Assembly (NCBI RefSeq): GCF_024298765.1
Contig: NZ_CP101210.1
Length of the DNA stretch: 64,000 nucleotides
Strand: one strand, 5' to 3'
Origin: Escherichia coli
GTDB lineage: Bacteria > Pseudomonadota > Gammaproteobacteria > Enterobacterales > Enterobacteriaceae
Shown here: positions 46,633 to 58,094 of the stretch, in pieces
Numbering within the stretch: the first letter of the stretch is position 1
Layout: every line of letters starts with the position of its first letter
Position numbers and translations under genes: made by a program
Notes under the pieces: generated by a model
Databases searched by the model: none
Seen by the model: the letters and a program-made list of their open reading frames with translations, nothing else
What the model was told of the DNA's origin: nothing

Positions 46633-47598
46633 ATGAGTAAACAACGCATTTTTATCGCTGGCCATCGTGGGATGGTCGGTTCTGCCATCAGGCGGCAGCT
46701 CAAACAGCGCGGTGATGTGGAACTGGTATTACGCACCCGCGACGAGCTGAACCTGCTGGACAGCCGCGCGGTGCATGATTTCTTTGCCAGCGAACGCATT
46801 GACCAGGTCTATCTGGCGGCGGCGAAAGTGGGCGGCATTGTTGCCAACAACACCTATCCGGCGGATTTCATCTACCAGAACATGATGATTGAGAGCAACA
46901 TCATTCACGCCGCGCATCAGAACGACGTGAACAAACTGCTGTTTCTCGGATCGTCCTGTATCTACCCGAAACTGGCAAAACAGCCGATGGCAGAAAGCGA
47001 GTTATTGCAGGGCACGCTGGAGCCGACCAACGAGCCTTACGCCATTGCCAAAATCGCCGGGATCAAACTGTGCGAATCTTACAACCGCCAGTATGGACGC
47101 GATTACCGCTCAGTCATGCCGACCAACCTGTACGGGCCGCACGACAACTTCCACCCGAGTAACTCGCACGTGATCCCTGCATTGCTGCGTCGCTTCCACG
47201 AGGCGACGGCACAGAATGCGCCGGACGTGGTGGTGTGGGGCAGCGGTACACCGATGCGCGAATTTCTGCACGTTGATGATATGGCAGCGGCGAGCATTCA
47301 TGTGATGGAGCTGGCGCACGAAGTCTGGCAGGAGAACACCCGGCCGATGCTGTCGCACATTAACGTCGGCACGGGCGTTGACTGCACTATCCGTGAGCTG
47401 GCGCAAACCATCGCCAAAGTGGTGGGTTACAAAGGTCGGGTGGTTTTTGATGCCAGCAAACCGGATGGTACGCCGCGCAAACTGCTGGATGTGACGCGCC
47501 TGCATCAGCTTGGCTGGTATCACGAAATCTCACTGGAAGCGGGGCTTGCCAGCACTTACCTGTGGTTCCTTGAGAATCAAGACCGCTTTCGGGGGTAA
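46633..47598 (+). CDS. fcl: GDP-L-fucose synthase (GDP-4-keto-6-deoxymannose 3,5-epimerase/4-reductase)
   Basis: 321 aa; SDR fold ([10 protein letters not shown]). Confidence 0.95.
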   Translation: MSKQRIFIAGHRGMVGSAIRRQLKQRGDVELVLRTRDELNLLDSRAVHDFFASERIDQVYLAAAKVGGIVANNTYPADFIYQNMMIESNIIHAAHQNDVNKLLFLGSSCIYPKLAKQPMAESELLQGTLEPTNEPYAIAKIAGIKLCESYNRQYGRDYRSVMPTNLYGPHDNFHPSNSHVIPALLRRFHEATAQNAPDVVVWGSGTPMREFLHVDDMAAASIHVMELAHEVWQENTRPMLSHINVGTGVDCTIRELAQTIAKVVGYKGRVVFDASKPDGTPRKLLDVTRLHQLGWYHEISLEAGLASTYLWFLENQDRFRG

Positions 47599-48080
47599 TG
47601 ATGTTTTTACGTCAGGAAGACTTTGCCACGGTAGTGCGCTCCACCCCGCTTGTCTCCCTCGACTTTATTGTTGAGAACAGTCGCGGCGAGTTTCTGCTTG
47701 GCAAAAGAACCAACCGCCCGGCGCAGGGTTACTGGTTTGTGCCGGGAGGGCGCGTGCAGAAAGACGAAACGCTGGAAGCCGCATTTGAGCGGCTGACGAT
47801 GGCGGAACTGGGGCTGCGTCTGCCGATAACAGCAGGCCAGTTTTACGGTGTCTGGCAGCACTTTTATGACGATAACTTCTCCGGCACGGATTTCACCACT
47901 CACTATGTGGTGCTCGGTTTTCGCTTCAGAGTAGCGGAAGAAGAACTGTTACTGCCGGATGAGCAGCATGACGATTACCGCTGGCTGACGCCGGACGCAC
48001 TGCTCGCCAGTGACAATGTTCACGCTAACAGCCGCGCCTATTTTCTCGCTGAGAAGCGTGCCGGAGTACCCGGATTATGA
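47598..48080 (+). CDS. gmm: GDP-mannose mannosyl hydrolase (Nudix)
   Basis: 160 aa; Nudix-like; start overlaps fcl stop. Confidence 0.9.
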   Translation: MMFLRQEDFATVVRSTPLVSLDFIVENSRGEFLLGKRTNRPAQGYWFVPGGRVQKDETLEAAFERLTMAELGLRLPITAGQFYGVWQHFYDDNFSGTDFTTHYVVLGFRFRVAEEELLLPDEQHDDYRWLTPDALLASDNVHANSRAYFLAEKRAGVPGL

Positions 48081-49300
48081 AAATACTGGTCTACGGCATT
48101 AACTACTCGCCGGAGTTAACCGGCATCGGCAAATACACCGGAGAAATGGTGGAATGGCTGGCGGCGCAAGGTCATGAGGTGCGGGTTATTACCGCACCGC
48201 CTTACTACCCGCAGTGGCAGGTGGGCGAGAACTATTCCGCCTGGCGCTACAAACGAGAAGAGGGGGCCGCCACGGTGTGGCGCTGCCCGCTGTACGTGCC
48301 AAAACAGCCGAGCACCCTGAAACGCCTGTTGCATCTCGGCAGTTTTGCCGTCAGCAGTTTTTTCCCGTTGATGGCGCAACGTCGCTGGAAGCCGGTTCGC
48401 ATTATCGGCGTGGTGCCAACGCTGTTTTGCACGCCGGGAATGCGCCTGCTGGCGAAACTCTCTGGTGCGCGTACCGTGCTGCATATTCAGGATTACGAAG
48501 TGGACGCCATGCTGGGGCTGGGCCTTGCCGGAAAAGGCAAAGGCGGCAAAGTGGCACAGCTGGCAACGGCGTTCGAACGTAGCGGACTGCATAACGTCGA
48601 TAACGTCTCCACGATTTCGCGTTCGATGATGAATAAAGCCATCGAAAAAGGCGTGGCGGCGGAAAACGTCATCTTCTTCCCCAACTGGTCGGAAATCGCC
48701 CGTTTTCAGCATGTTGCAGACACCGATGTTGATGCCCTTCGTAACCAGCTTGGCCTGCCGGATAACAAAAAAATCATTCTTTACTCCGGCAATATTGGTG
48801 AAAAGCAGGGGCTGGAAAACGTTATTGAAGCTGCCGATCGTCTGCGCGATGAACCGCTGATTTTTGCCATTGTCGGGCAGGGCGGCGGCAAAGCGCGGCT
48901 GGAAAAAATGGCGCAGCAGCGTGGACTGCGCAACATGCAATTTTTCCCGCTGCAATCGTATGACGCTTTACCCGCACTGCTGAAGATGGGCGATTGCCAT
49001 CTGGTGGTGCAAAAACGCGGCGCGGCAGATGCCGTATTGCCGTCGAAACTGACCAATATTCTGGCGGTAGGCGGTAACGCGGTGATTACCGCAGAAGCCC
49101 ACACAGAACTGGGACAGCTTTGCGAAACCTTTCCGGGCATTGCGGTTTGCGTGGAACCGGAATCGGTCGAGGCGCTGGTGGCGGGGATCCGTCAGGCGCT
49201 CCTGCTGCCCAAACACAACACGGTGGCACGTGAATATGCCGAACGCACACTCGATAAAGAGAACGTGTTACGTCAATTTATAAATGATATTCGGGGATAA
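48077..49300 (+). CDS. wcaI: colanic acid glycosyltransferase WcaI (GT4)
   Basis: 407 aa. Confidence 0.9.
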   Translation: MKILVYGINYSPELTGIGKYTGEMVEWLAAQGHEVRVITAPPYYPQWQVGENYSAWRYKREEGAATVWRCPLYVPKQPSTLKRLLHLGSFAVSSFFPLMAQRRWKPVRIIGVVPTLFCTPGMRLLAKLSGARTVLHIQDYEVDAMLGLGLAGKGKGGKVAQLATAFERSGLHNVDNVSTISRSMMNKAIEKGVAAENVIFFPNWSEIARFQHVADTDVDALRNQLGLPDNKKIILYSGNIGEKQGLENVIEAADRLRDEPLIFAIVGQGGGKARLEKMAQQRGLRNMQFFPLQSYDALPALLKMGDCHLVVQKRGAADAVLPSKLTNILAVGGNAVITAEAHTELGQLCETFPGIAVCVEPESVEALVAGIRQALLLPKHNTVAREYAERTLDKENVLRQFINDIRG

Positions 49301-49302
49301 TT

Positions 49303-50739
49303 ATGGCGCAGTCGAAACTCTATCCAGTTGTGATGGCAGGTGGCTCCGGTAGCCGCTTATGGCCGCTTTCCCGCGTACTTTACCCCAAGCAGTTTTTATG
49401 CCTGAAAGGCGATCTCACCATGCTGCAAACCACCATCTGCCGCCTGAACGGCGTGGAGTGCGAAAGCCCGGTGGTGATTTGCAATGAGCAGCACCGCTTT
49501 ATTGTCGCGGAACAGCTGCGTCAACTGAACAAACTCACCGAGAACATTATTCTCGAACCGGCAGGGCGTAACACTGCACCTGCCATTGCACTGGCGGCGC
49601 TGGCGGCAAAACGTCATAGCCCGGAGAGCGACCCGTTAATGCTGGTGCTGGCGGCGGATCATGTGATTGCCGATGAAGACGCGTTCCGTGCCGCCGTGCG
49701 TAATGCCATGCCGTATGCCGAAGCGGGCAAGCTGGTGACCTTCGGCATTGTGCCGGATCTACCTGAAACCGGATATGGCTATATTCGTCGCGGTGAAGTG
49801 TCGGCGGGTGAGCAGGATACGGTGGCCTTTGAAGTGGCGCAGTTTGTCGAAAAACCGAATCTGGAAACCGCCCAGGCCTATGTGGCAAGCGGCGAATATT
49901 ACTGGAACAGCGGCATGTTCCTGTTCCGCGCCGGACGCTATCTCGAAGAACTGAAAAAATATCGCCCGGATATTCTCGACGCCTGTGAACAAGCGATGAG
50001 CGCCGTCGATCCGGATCTCGATTTTATTCGCGTGGATGAAGAAGCGTTTCTGGCCTGCCCGGAAGAGTCGGTGGATTACGCGGTCATGGAACGTACGGCA
50101 GATGCCGTTGTGGTGCCGATGGATGCGGGCTGGAGCGATGTCGGTTCCTGGTCTTCATTATGGGAGATCAGCGCCCACACCGCCGAGGGCAACGTTTGCC
50201 ACGGTGATGTGATTAATCACAAAACTGAAAACAGCTATGTGTACGCCGAATCTGGCCTGGTCACCACCGTCGGGGTGAAAGATCTGGTAGTGGTGCAGAC
50301 CAAAGATGCGGTGCTGATTGCCGACCGTAACGCGGTGCAGGATGTGAAAAAAGTGGTCGAGCAGATCAAAGCCGATGGTCGCCATGAGCATCGGGTGCAT
50401 CGCGAAGTGTATCGTCCGTGGGGCAAATATGACTCTATCGACGCGGGCGACCGCTACCAGGTGAAACGCATCACCGTGAAACCGGGCGAGGGCTTGTCGG
50501 TACAGATGCACCATCACCGCGCGGAACACTGGGTAGTGGTCGCGGGAACGGCAAAAGTCACCATTGATGGTGATATCAAACTGCTTGGTGAAAACGAGTC
50601 CATTTATATTCCGCTGGGGGCGACGCACTGCCTGGAAAACCCGGGGAAAATTCCGCTCGATTTAATTGAAGTGCGCTCCGGCTCTTATCTCGAAGAGGAT
50701 GATGTGGTGCGCTTCGCGGATCGCTACGGACGGGTGTAA
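49303..50739 (+). CDS. cpsB: mannose-1-phosphate guanylyltransferase (ManC/CpsB)
   Basis: 478 aa; nucleotidyltransferase N-terminus and cupin C-terminus. Confidence 0.95.
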   Translation: MAQSKLYPVVMAGGSGSRLWPLSRVLYPKQFLCLKGDLTMLQTTICRLNGVECESPVVICNEQHRFIVAEQLRQLNKLTENIILEPAGRNTAPAIALAALAAKRHSPESDPLMLVLAADHVIADEDAFRAAVRNAMPYAEAGKLVTFGIVPDLPETGYGYIRRGEVSAGEQDTVAFEVAQFVEKPNLETAQAYVASGEYYWNSGMFLFRAGRYLEELKKYRPDILDACEQAMSAVDPDLDFIRVDEEAFLACPEESVDYAVMERTADAVVVPMDAGWSDVGSWSSLWEISAHTAEGNVCHGDVINHKTENSYVYAESGLVTTVGVKDLVVVQTKDAVLIADRNAVQDVKKVVEQIKADGRHEHRVHREVYRPWGKYDSIDAGDRYQVKRITVKPGEGLSVQMHHHRAEHWVVVAGTAKVTIDGDIKLLGENESIYIPLGATHCLENPGKIPLDLIEVRSGSYLEEDDVVRFADRYGRV

Positions 50740-50743
50740 ACGT

Positions 50744-50842
<99 letters not shown>

Positions 50843-50931
50843 ATGAATGCGAAACCGAGATGTAAATAACGACAAAAACAAAATTGGCCGTTTCGGTCAG
50901 GGCCAACTATTGCCTGAAAAAGGGTAACGAC

Positions 50932-52302
50932 ATGAAAAAATTAACCTGCTTTAAAGCCTATGATATTCGCGGGAAATTAGGCGAAGAACTGAATGAAGAT
51001 ATCGCCTGGCGCATTGGTCGCGCCTATGGCGAATTTCTCAAACCGAAAACCATTGTGTTAGGCGGTGATGTCCGTCTCACCAGCCAAACCTTAAAACTGG
51101 CGCTGGCAAAAGGTTTACAGGATGCGGGCGTTGACGTGCTGGATATTGGTATGTCCGGCACCGAAGAGATCTATTTCGCCACGTTCCATCTCGGCGTGGA
51201 TGGCGGCATTGAAGTTACCGCCAGCCATAATCCGATGGATTATAACGGCATGAAGCTGGTTCGCGAGGGGGCTCGCCCGATCAGCGGAGATACCGGACTG
51301 CGCGACGTCCAGCGTCTGGCTGAAGCCAACGACTTTCCTCCCGTCGATGAAACCAAACGCGGTCGCTATCAGCAAATCAACCTGCGTGACGCTTACGTTG
51401 ATCACCTGTTCGGTTATATCAATGTCAAAAACCTCACGCCGCTCAAGCTGGTGATTAACTCCGGGAATGGCGCAGCGGGTCCGGTGGTGGACGCCATTGA
51501 AGCCCGCTTTAAAGCCCTTGGCGCACCCGTGGAATTAATCAAAGTGCACAACACGCCGAACGGCAATTTCCCCAACGGTATTCCTAACCCGCTACTGCCG
51601 GAATGCCGCGACGACACCCGCAATGCGGTCATCAAACACGGCGCGGATATGGGCATTGCCTTTGATGGCGATTTTGACCGCTGCTTCCTGTTTGACGAAA
51701 AAGGGCAGTTTATCGAAGGCTACTACATTGTCGGCCTGCTGGCAGAAGCGTTCCTCGAAAAAAATCCCGGCGCGAAGATCATCCACGATCCACGTCTCTC
51801 CTGGAATACCGTTGATGTGGTGACTGCCGCTGGCGGCACGCCGGTGATGTCGAAAACCGGACACGCCTTTATTAAAGAACGTATGCGCAAGGAAGACGCC
51901 ATCTACGGTGGCGAAATGAGCGCCCACCATTACTTCCGTGATTTCGCTTACTGCGACAGCGGCATGATCCCGTGGCTGCTGGTCGCCGAACTGGTGTGCC
52001 TGAAAGATAAAACGCTGGGCGAACTGGTACGCGACCGGATGGCGGCGTTTCCGGCAAGCGGTGAGATCAACAGCAAACTGGCGCAACCCGTTGAGGCGAT
52101 TAACCGCGTGGAACAGCATTTTAGCCGTGAGGCGCTGGCGGTGGATCGCACCGATGGCATCAGCATGACCTTTGCCGACTGGCGCTTTAACCTGCGCACC
52201 TCCAATACCGAACCGGTGGTGCGCCTGAATGTGGAATCGCGCGGTGATGTGCCGCTGATGGAAGCGCGAACGCGAACTCTGCTGACGTTGCTGAACGAGT
52301 AA
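50932..52302 (+). CDS. cpsG: phosphomannomutase (ManB/CpsG)
   Basis: 456 aa from internal Met [14 protein letters not shown]; active-site TASHNP; the ORF-track start at 50884 is an upstream extension. Confidence 0.95.
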   Translation: MKKLTCFKAYDIRGKLGEELNEDIAWRIGRAYGEFLKPKTIVLGGDVRLTSQTLKLALAKGLQDAGVDVLDIGMSGTEEIYFATFHLGVDGGIEVTASHNPMDYNGMKLVREGARPISGDTGLRDVQRLAEANDFPPVDETKRGRYQQINLRDAYVDHLFGYINVKNLTPLKLVINSGNGAAGPVVDAIEARFKALGAPVELIKVHNTPNGNFPNGIPNPLLPECRDDTRNAVIKHGADMGIAFDGDFDRCFLFDEKGQFIEGYYIVGLLAEAFLEKNPGAKIIHDPRLSWNTVDVVTAAGGTPVMSKTGHAFIKERMRKEDAIYGGEMSAHHYFRDFAYCDSGMIPWLLVAELVCLKDKTLGELVRDRMAAFPASGEINSKLAQPVEAINRVEQHFSREALAVDRTDGISMTFADWRFNLRTSNTEPVVRLNVESRGDVPLMEARTRTLLTLLNE

Positions 52303-52312
52303 TGTCATTACT

Positions 52313-52416
52313 TTCCCCCTCACCCTGACGCTCTACTGCCTGCGGAGAGAAGTGAGCACGGAACTTTCTTCTCCCCCTCGCCCCTTTGGGGAGAGGGCCG
52401 GGGTGAGGGGCGAGGC
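52313..52416. repeat. GC-rich nested palindrome (boxC-like repeat) between cpsG and wcaJ
   Basis: ccccctcaccc (52315-52325) pairs with gggtgagggg (52401-52410); cctcgcccc (52376-52384) pairs with ggggcgagg (52407-52415). Confidence 0.5.
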
Positions 52417-52437
52417 GACAATAGAACAGGAACAACG

Positions 52438-53832
52438 ATGACAAATCTAAAAAAGCGCGAGCGAGCGAAAACCAATGCATCGTTAATCTCTATGGTGCAA
52501 CGCTTTTCAGATATCACCATCATGTTTGCCGGACTATGGCTGGTTTGCGAAGTCAGCGGACTGTCATTCCTCTACATGCACCTGTTGGTGGCGCTGATTA
52601 CGCTGGTGGTGTTCCAGATGCTGGGCGGCATCACCGATTTTTATCGCTCATGGCGCGGTGTTCGGGCAGCGACAGAATTTGCCCTGTTGCTACAAAACTG
52701 GACCTTAAGCGTGATTTTCAGCGCCGGACTGGTGGCGTTCAACAATGATTTCGACACGCAACTGAAAATCTGGCTGGCGTGGTATGGGCTGACCAGTATC
52801 GGACTGGTGGTTTGCCGTTCATGTATTCGTATTGGGGCGGGCTGGCTGCGTAATCATGGCTATAACAAGCGCATGGTCGCCGTAGCGGGGGATTTAGCCG
52901 CCGGACAAATGCTGATGGAGAGCTTCCGTAATCAGCCGTGGTTAGGGTTTGAAGTGGTGGGGGTTTACCACGACCCGAAACCGGGCGGCGTTTCTAACGA
53001 CTGGGCGGGCAATCTTCAACAGCTGGTCGAGGACGCGAAAGCGGGCAAGATTCATAACGTCTATATCGCGATGCAAATGTGCGACGGCGCGCGAGTGAAA
53101 AAACTGGTCCATCAATTGGCGGACACCACCTGTTCGGTGTTGCTGATCCCCGATGTCTTTACCTTCAACATTCTCCATTCACGTCTTGAAGAGATGAACG
53201 GCGTTCCGGTGGTGCCGCTTTACGACACGCCGCTTTCCGGGGTTAACCGCCTGCTCAAACGTGCGGAAGACATTGTGCTGGCGACGCTTATTCTGCTGCT
53301 GATCTCCCCGGTGCTGTGCTGTATTGCGCTGGCGGTGAAACTCAGTTCACCAGGGCCGGTTATTTTCCGCCAGACTCGCTATGGCATGGATGGCAAACCG
53401 ATCAAAGTGTGGAAGTTCCGTTCGATGAAAGTGATGGAGAACGACAAAGTGGTGACTCAGGCGACGCAGAACGATCCGCGCGTCACCAAAGTGGGGAACT
53501 TTCTGCGCCGCACCTCGCTGGATGAACTGCCGCAGTTTATCAATGTGCTGACCGGGGGGATGTCGATTGTGGGGCCACGTCCGCACGCAGTAGCGCATAA
53601 CGAACAGTATCGCCAGCTCATTGAAGGCTACATGCTGCGCCATAAAGTGAAACCGGGCATTACTGGCTGGGCGCAGATTAACGGCTGGCGCGGCGAAACC
53701 GACACGCTGGAGAAAATGGAAAAACGCGTCGAGTTCGACCTTGAGTACATCCGCGAATGGAGCGTCTGGTTCGATATCAAAATCGTTTTCCTGACGGTGT
53801 TCAAAGGTTTCGTTAACAAAGCGGCATATTGA
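52438..53832 (+). CDS. wcaJ: UDP-glucose:undecaprenyl-phosphate glucose-1-phosphate transferase WcaJ
   Basis: 464 aa; polyisoprenyl-phosphate hexose-1-phosphate transferase C-terminal domain. Confidence 0.9.
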   Translation: MTNLKKRERAKTNASLISMVQRFSDITIMFAGLWLVCEVSGLSFLYMHLLVALITLVVFQMLGGITDFYRSWRGVRAATEFALLLQNWTLSVIFSAGLVAFNNDFDTQLKIWLAWYGLTSIGLVVCRSCIRIGAGWLRNHGYNKRMVAVAGDLAAGQMLMESFRNQPWLGFEVVGVYHDPKPGGVSNDWAGNLQQLVEDAKAGKIHNVYIAMQMCDGARVKKLVHQLADTTCSVLLIPDVFTFNILHSRLEEMNGVPVVPLYDTPLSGVNRLLKRAEDIVLATLILLLISPVLCCIALAVKLSSPGPVIFRQTRYGMDGKPIKVWKFRSMKVMENDKVVTQATQNDPRVTKVGNFLRRTSLDELPQFINVLTGGMSIVGPRPHAVAHNEQYRQLIEGYMLRHKVKPGITGWAQINGWRGETDTLEKMEKRVEFDLEYIREWSVWFDIKIVFLTVFKGFVNKAAY

Positions 53833-53833
53833 T

Positions 53834-55312
53834 ATGAGCTTACGTGAAAAAACCATCAGCGGCGCGAAGTGGTCGGCGATTGCCACGGTGATCATCATCG
53901 GCCTCGGGCTGGTGCAGATGACCGTGCTGGCGCGGATTATCGACAACCACCAGTTCGGCCTGCTGACTGTGTCGCTGGTGATTATCGCGCTGGCAGATAC
54001 GCTTTCTGACTTTGGTATCGCTAACTCGATTATTCAGCGAAAAGAAATCAGTCACCTTGAACTCACCACGTTGTACTGGCTGAACGTCGGGCTGGGGATC
54101 GTGGTGTGCGTGGCGGTGTTTTTGTTGAGTGATCTCATCGGCGACGTGCTGAATAACCCGGACCTGGCACCGTTGATTAAAACATTGTCGCTGGCGTTTG
54201 TGGTGATCCCCCACGGGCAACAGTTCCGCGCGTTGATGCAGAAGGAGCTGGAGTTCAACAAAATCGGCATGATCGAAACCAGCGCGGTACTGGCGGGCTT
54301 CACTTTTACGGTGGTTAGCGCCCATTTCTGGCCGCTGGCGATGACCGCGATCCTCGGTTATCTGGTCAATAGTGCGGTAAGAACGCTGCTGTTTGGCTAC
54401 TTTGGTCGCAAAATTTATCGCCCCGGTCTGCATTTCTCGCTGGCGTCGGTGGCACCGAACTTACGCTTTGGTGCCTGGCTGACGGCGGACAGCATCATCA
54501 ACTATCTCAATACCAACCTTTCAACGCTGGTGCTGGCGCGTATTCTCGGCGCGGGCGTGGCAGGGGGATACAACCTGGCGTACAACGTGGCCGTTGTGCC
54601 ACCGATGAAGCTGAACCCAATCATCACCCGCGTGTTGTTTCCGGCATTCGCCAAAATTCAGGACGATACCGAAAAGCTGCGCGTTAACTTCTACAAGCTG
54701 CTGTCGGTAGTGGGGATTATCAACTTTCCGGCGCTGCTGGGGCTGATGGTGGTGTCGAATAACTTTGTACCGCTGGTCTTTGGTGAGAAGTGGAACAGCA
54801 TTATTCCGGTGCTGCAATTGCTGTGTGTGGTGGGTCTGCTGCGTTCCGTAGGTAACCCGATTGGTTCGCTGCTGATGGCGAAAGCGCGGGTCGATATCAG
54901 CTTTAAATTCAACGTATTCAAAACCTTTCTGTTTATTCCGGCGATTGTTATTGGTGGGCAGATGGCGGGCGCAATTGGCGTCACGCTCGGCTTCCTGTTG
55001 GTACAGATTATCAACACCATTCTGAGTTACTTCGTGATGATTAAACCGGTTCTTGGTTCCAGTTATCGCCAGTACATCCTGAGTTTGTGGCTGCCGTTTT
55101 ATCTCTCGTTGCCGACGCTGGTGGTCAGTTATGCGCTGGGCATTGTGCTGAAAGGGCAACTGGCGCTGGGGATGCTGCTGGCGGTGCAAATAGCCGCGGG
55201 CGTGCTGGCGTTTGTGGTGATGATTGTGCTGTCGCGCCATCCGCTGGTGGTGGAAGTGAAGCGTCAGTTTTGTCGCAGCGAAAAAATGAAAATGCTTTTA
55301 CGGGCGGGGTGA
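53834..55312 (+). CDS. wzxC: colanic acid repeat-unit flippase WzxC
   Basis: 492 aa polytopic membrane protein. Confidence 0.9.
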   Translation: MSLREKTISGAKWSAIATVIIIGLGLVQMTVLARIIDNHQFGLLTVSLVIIALADTLSDFGIANSIIQRKEISHLELTTLYWLNVGLGIVVCVAVFLLSDLIGDVLNNPDLAPLIKTLSLAFVVIPHGQQFRALMQKELEFNKIGMIETSAVLAGFTFTVVSAHFWPLAMTAILGYLVNSAVRTLLFGYFGRKIYRPGLHFSLASVAPNLRFGAWLTADSIINYLNTNLSTLVLARILGAGVAGGYNLAYNVAVVPPMKLNPIITRVLFPAFAKIQDDTEKLRVNFYKLLSVVGIINFPALLGLMVVSNNFVPLVFGEKWNSIIPVLQLLCVVGLLRSVGNPIGSLLMAKARVDISFKFNVFKTFLFIPAIVIGGQMAGAIGVTLGFLLVQIINTILSYFVMIKPVLGSSYRQYILSLWLPFYLSLPTLVVSYALGIVLKGQLALGMLLAVQIAAGVLAFVVMIVLSRHPLVVEVKRQFCRSEKMKMLLRAG

Positions 55313-55340
55313 GTTGCTGTTTTCGGTTCCGACAACGGTT

Positions 55341-55526
55341 GCCGGATGCGGCGTAAAACGCCTTATCCATCCTACGGTTCCGTGCTCGGGACCTGTAGGC
55401 CTGATAAGACGCGTCAGCGTCGCATCAGGCACTGAATGCCGGATGCGGCGTGAACGCCTTATCCGGCCTACGGTTCTGTGCTCGGGTCTTGTAGGCCTGA
55501 TAAGACGCGTCAGCGTCGCATCAGGC
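55341..55526. repeat. tandem BIME/REP cluster (two ~95-bp units)
   Basis: Two near-identical units each holding gccggatgcggcgt(g/a)aacgccttatcc and tgtaggcctgataagacgcgtcagcgtcgcatcaggc. Confidence 0.8.
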
Positions 55527-55586
55527 AAAAAGCGGCAACGAACAAAACAAACACAGCCCACCTGGCATCAAATTTATGAGGAAAAA

Positions 55587-56867
55587 ATGAAATTACTTAT
55601 TCTGGGCAACCACACTTGCGGCAATCGTGGCGACAGCGCCATCCTGCGCGGCTTACTTGATGCCATCAACATCCTCAATCCACACGCCGAAGTGGACGTG
55701 ATGAGCCGCTATCCGGTCAGTTCTTCCTGGCTGCTCAACCGCCCGGTAATGGGCGATCCGCTGTTCCTGCAAATGAAACAACACAACAGCGCGGCGGGCG
55801 TTGTCGGGCGCGTTAAAAAAGTCCTCCGTCGCCGCTACCAGCATCAGGTATTGCTCTCACGCGTCACCGACACTGGCAAGCTGCGTAATATCGCCATCGC
55901 CCAGGGATTCACCGACTTCGTGCGCCTGCTGTCAGATTACGACGCCATTATTCAGGTCGGCGGATCGTTTTTTGTCGATCTCTACGGCGTGCCGCAGTTT
56001 GAACATGCACTTTGCACGTTTATGGCGAAAAAGCCGCTGTTTATGATTGGTCACAGCGTCGGTCCCTTCCAGGATGAGCAATTTAACCAACTGGCGAACT
56101 ACGTTTTTGGTCACTGCGACGCGCTGATCCTGCGCGAATCGGTCAGCCTTGATCTGATGAAACGCAGCAATATCACTACCGCAAAAGTGGAACATGGCGT
56201 CGATACCGCGTGGCTGGTCGATCACCACACAGAAGAATTCACCGCCAGCTATGCCGTTCAACACTGGCTGGACGTTGCCGCACAACAGAAAACGGTGGCA
56301 ATTACCCTGCGCGAACTGGCACCGTTCGACAAACGTCTCGGCACCACTCAACAAGCGTATGAAAAAGCCTTTGCCGGGGTGGTCAATCGCATTCTCGACG
56401 AAGGCTATCAGGTTATTGCGCTCTCCACCTGTACGGGCATCGACAGCTATAATAAAGACGACCGCATGGTGGCGCTCAATCTTCGCCAGCACATCAGCGA
56501 TCCTGCCCGTTACCACGTGGTGATGGATGAACTCAACGATCTGGAAATGGGCAAAATTCTCGGAGCCTGTCAACTCACCGTCGGTACGCGTCTGCACTCA
56601 GCCATTATCTCGATGAATTTCTCCACTCCGGCAATTGCCATCAACTACGAACATAAATCCGCCGGGATTATGCAGCAGCTGGGGCTGCCAGAGATGGCGA
56701 TCGATATCCGTCATTTATTAGATGGCAGCCTGCAAGCGATGGTTGCGGATACCTTAGGCCAGCTTCCGGCGCTGAACGCACGACTTAGCGAAGCCGTCAG
56801 TCGCGAACGTCAGACGGGAATGCAGATGGTGCAATCTGTGCTTGAGCGCATCGGGGAGGTGAAATGA
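55587..56867 (+). CDS. wcaK: colanic acid pyruvyl transferase WcaK
   Basis: 426 aa from internal Met MKLLILGNHTCGNRGD with RBS (gaggaaaaa); the 517-aa ORF-track extension reads through the REP array. Confidence 0.9.
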   Translation: MKLLILGNHTCGNRGDSAILRGLLDAINILNPHAEVDVMSRYPVSSSWLLNRPVMGDPLFLQMKQHNSAAGVVGRVKKVLRRRYQHQVLLSRVTDTGKLRNIAIAQGFTDFVRLLSDYDAIIQVGGSFFVDLYGVPQFEHALCTFMAKKPLFMIGHSVGPFQDEQFNQLANYVFGHCDALILRESVSLDLMKRSNITTAKVEHGVDTAWLVDHHTEEFTASYAVQHWLDVAAQQKTVAITLRELAPFDKRLGTTQQAYEKAFAGVVNRILDEGYQVIALSTCTGIDSYNKDDRMVALNLRQHISDPARYHVVMDELNDLEMGKILGACQLTVGTRLHSAIISMNFSTPAIAINYEHKSAGIMQQLGLPEMAIDIRHLLDGSLQAMVADTLGQLPALNARLSEAVSRERQTGMQMVQSVLERIGEVK

Positions 56868-58084
56868 AGGTCGGTTTCTTCTTATTGAAATTTCCGCTGT
56901 CGTCAGAAACCTTCGTTCTTAACCAAATCACTGCGTTTATTGATATGGGCTTTGAAGTGGAGATTGTCGCGTTGCAAAAAGGCGATACAGAGAACACCCA
57001 CGCGGCTTGGACGAAATACAACCTTGCTGCCAGAACCCGCTGGTTACAGGACGAACCTACGGGCAAAGTGGCGAAACTGCGCCACCGCGCCAGCCAGACC
57101 TTACGCGGCATTCATCGTAAAAATACCTGGCAGGCGCTCAACCTCAAACGCTATGGTGCCGAGTCGCGGAACCTGATTTTGTCTGCCATTTGCGGCCAGG
57201 TCGCAACCCCGTTTCATGCCGATGTGTTCATCGCTCATTTTGGACCTGCGGGGGTAACCGCAGCAAAACTACGGGAACTGGGTGTCATTCGCGGCAAAAT
57301 TGCCACCATTTTCCACGGCATTGATATCTCCAGTCGGGAAGTGCTCAACCGCTACACCCCCGAATATCAACAACTGTTTCGCCGTGGCGACCTGATGCTA
57401 CCGATAAGCGATCTGTGGGCCGGAAGGCTGCAAAAAATGGGCTGCCCGAGGGAAAAAATCGCCGTATCGCGTATGGGTGTGGACATGACGCGCTTTAGCC
57501 CGCGTCCGGTGAAAGCGCCTGCAACGCCGCTGGAAATCATTTCCGTCGCACGCTTAACCGAGAAAAAAGGCCTGCATGTGGCGATCGAAGCCTGCCGTCA
57601 GTTGAAAGAGCAGGGTGTGGCATTTCGCTATCGCATCCTCGGCATTGGCCCGTGGGAACGACGCTTGCGCACGCTCATCGAACAATATCAACTGGAAGAT
57701 GTGGTGGAGATGCCGGGCTTTAAACCGAGCCATGAAGTGAAGGCGATGCTCGACGACGCGGATGTCTTCCTCCTGCCATCGGTAACGGGCGCGGACGGTG
57801 ATATGGAAGGTATTCCGGTGGCGCTGATGGAAGCGATGGCGGTCGGCATTCCGGTGGTTTCTACTCTGCATAGCGGAATACCAGAGCTGGTCGAGGCCGA
57901 TAAATCCGGCTGGCTGGTGCCTGAGAACGATGCTCGCGCACTGGCGCAACGACTGGCGGCGTTTAGCCAACTGGACACTGACGAACTGGCTCCGGTTATC
58001 AAACGTGCTCGCGAAAAAGTCGAACACGATTTTAACCAGCAGGTGATCAATCGAGAACTCGCCAGCTTGCTGCAAGCTTTATAG
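56864..58084 (+). CDS. wcaL: colanic acid glycosyltransferase WcaL (GT4)
   Basis: 406 aa; start overlaps wcaK stop. Confidence 0.9.
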   Translation: MKVGFFLLKFPLSSETFVLNQITAFIDMGFEVEIVALQKGDTENTHAAWTKYNLAARTRWLQDEPTGKVAKLRHRASQTLRGIHRKNTWQALNLKRYGAESRNLILSAICGQVATPFHADVFIAHFGPAGVTAAKLRELGVIRGKIATIFHGIDISSREVLNRYTPEYQQLFRRGDLMLPISDLWAGRLQKMGCPREKIAVSRMGVDMTRFSPRPVKAPATPLEIISVARLTEKKGLHVAIEACRQLKEQGVAFRYRILGIGPWERRLRTLIEQYQLEDVVEMPGFKPSHEVKAMLDDADVFLLPSVTGADGDMEGIPVALMEAMAVGIPVVSTLHSGIPELVEADKSGWLVPENDARALAQRLAAFSQLDTDELAPVIKRAREKVEHDFNQQVINRELASLLQAL

Positions 58085-58094
58085 AGGAGAACGC

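Noticed and set aside
48116-48955. 279-aa minus-strand ORF opposite wcaI
   Set aside because: Shadow ORF; compositionally biased translation.
51592-52323. 243-aa minus-strand ORF opposite cpsG
   Set aside because: Shadow ORF antisense to phosphomannomutase.
53347-55240. Minus-strand ORFs of 197-239 aa opposite wcaJ/wzxC (53347-53946, 53840-54433, 54521-55240)
   Set aside because: Antisense to polytopic membrane protein genes; His/Arg/Gln-rich nonsense-like sequence.
55341-55526. Possible CRISPR array (short direct repeats)
   Set aside because: The units are REP/BIME palindromes with no unique spacers of uniform length, and there are no cas genes in the window.
55932-56597. 221-aa minus-strand ORF opposite wcaK
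   Set aside because: Shadow ORF.
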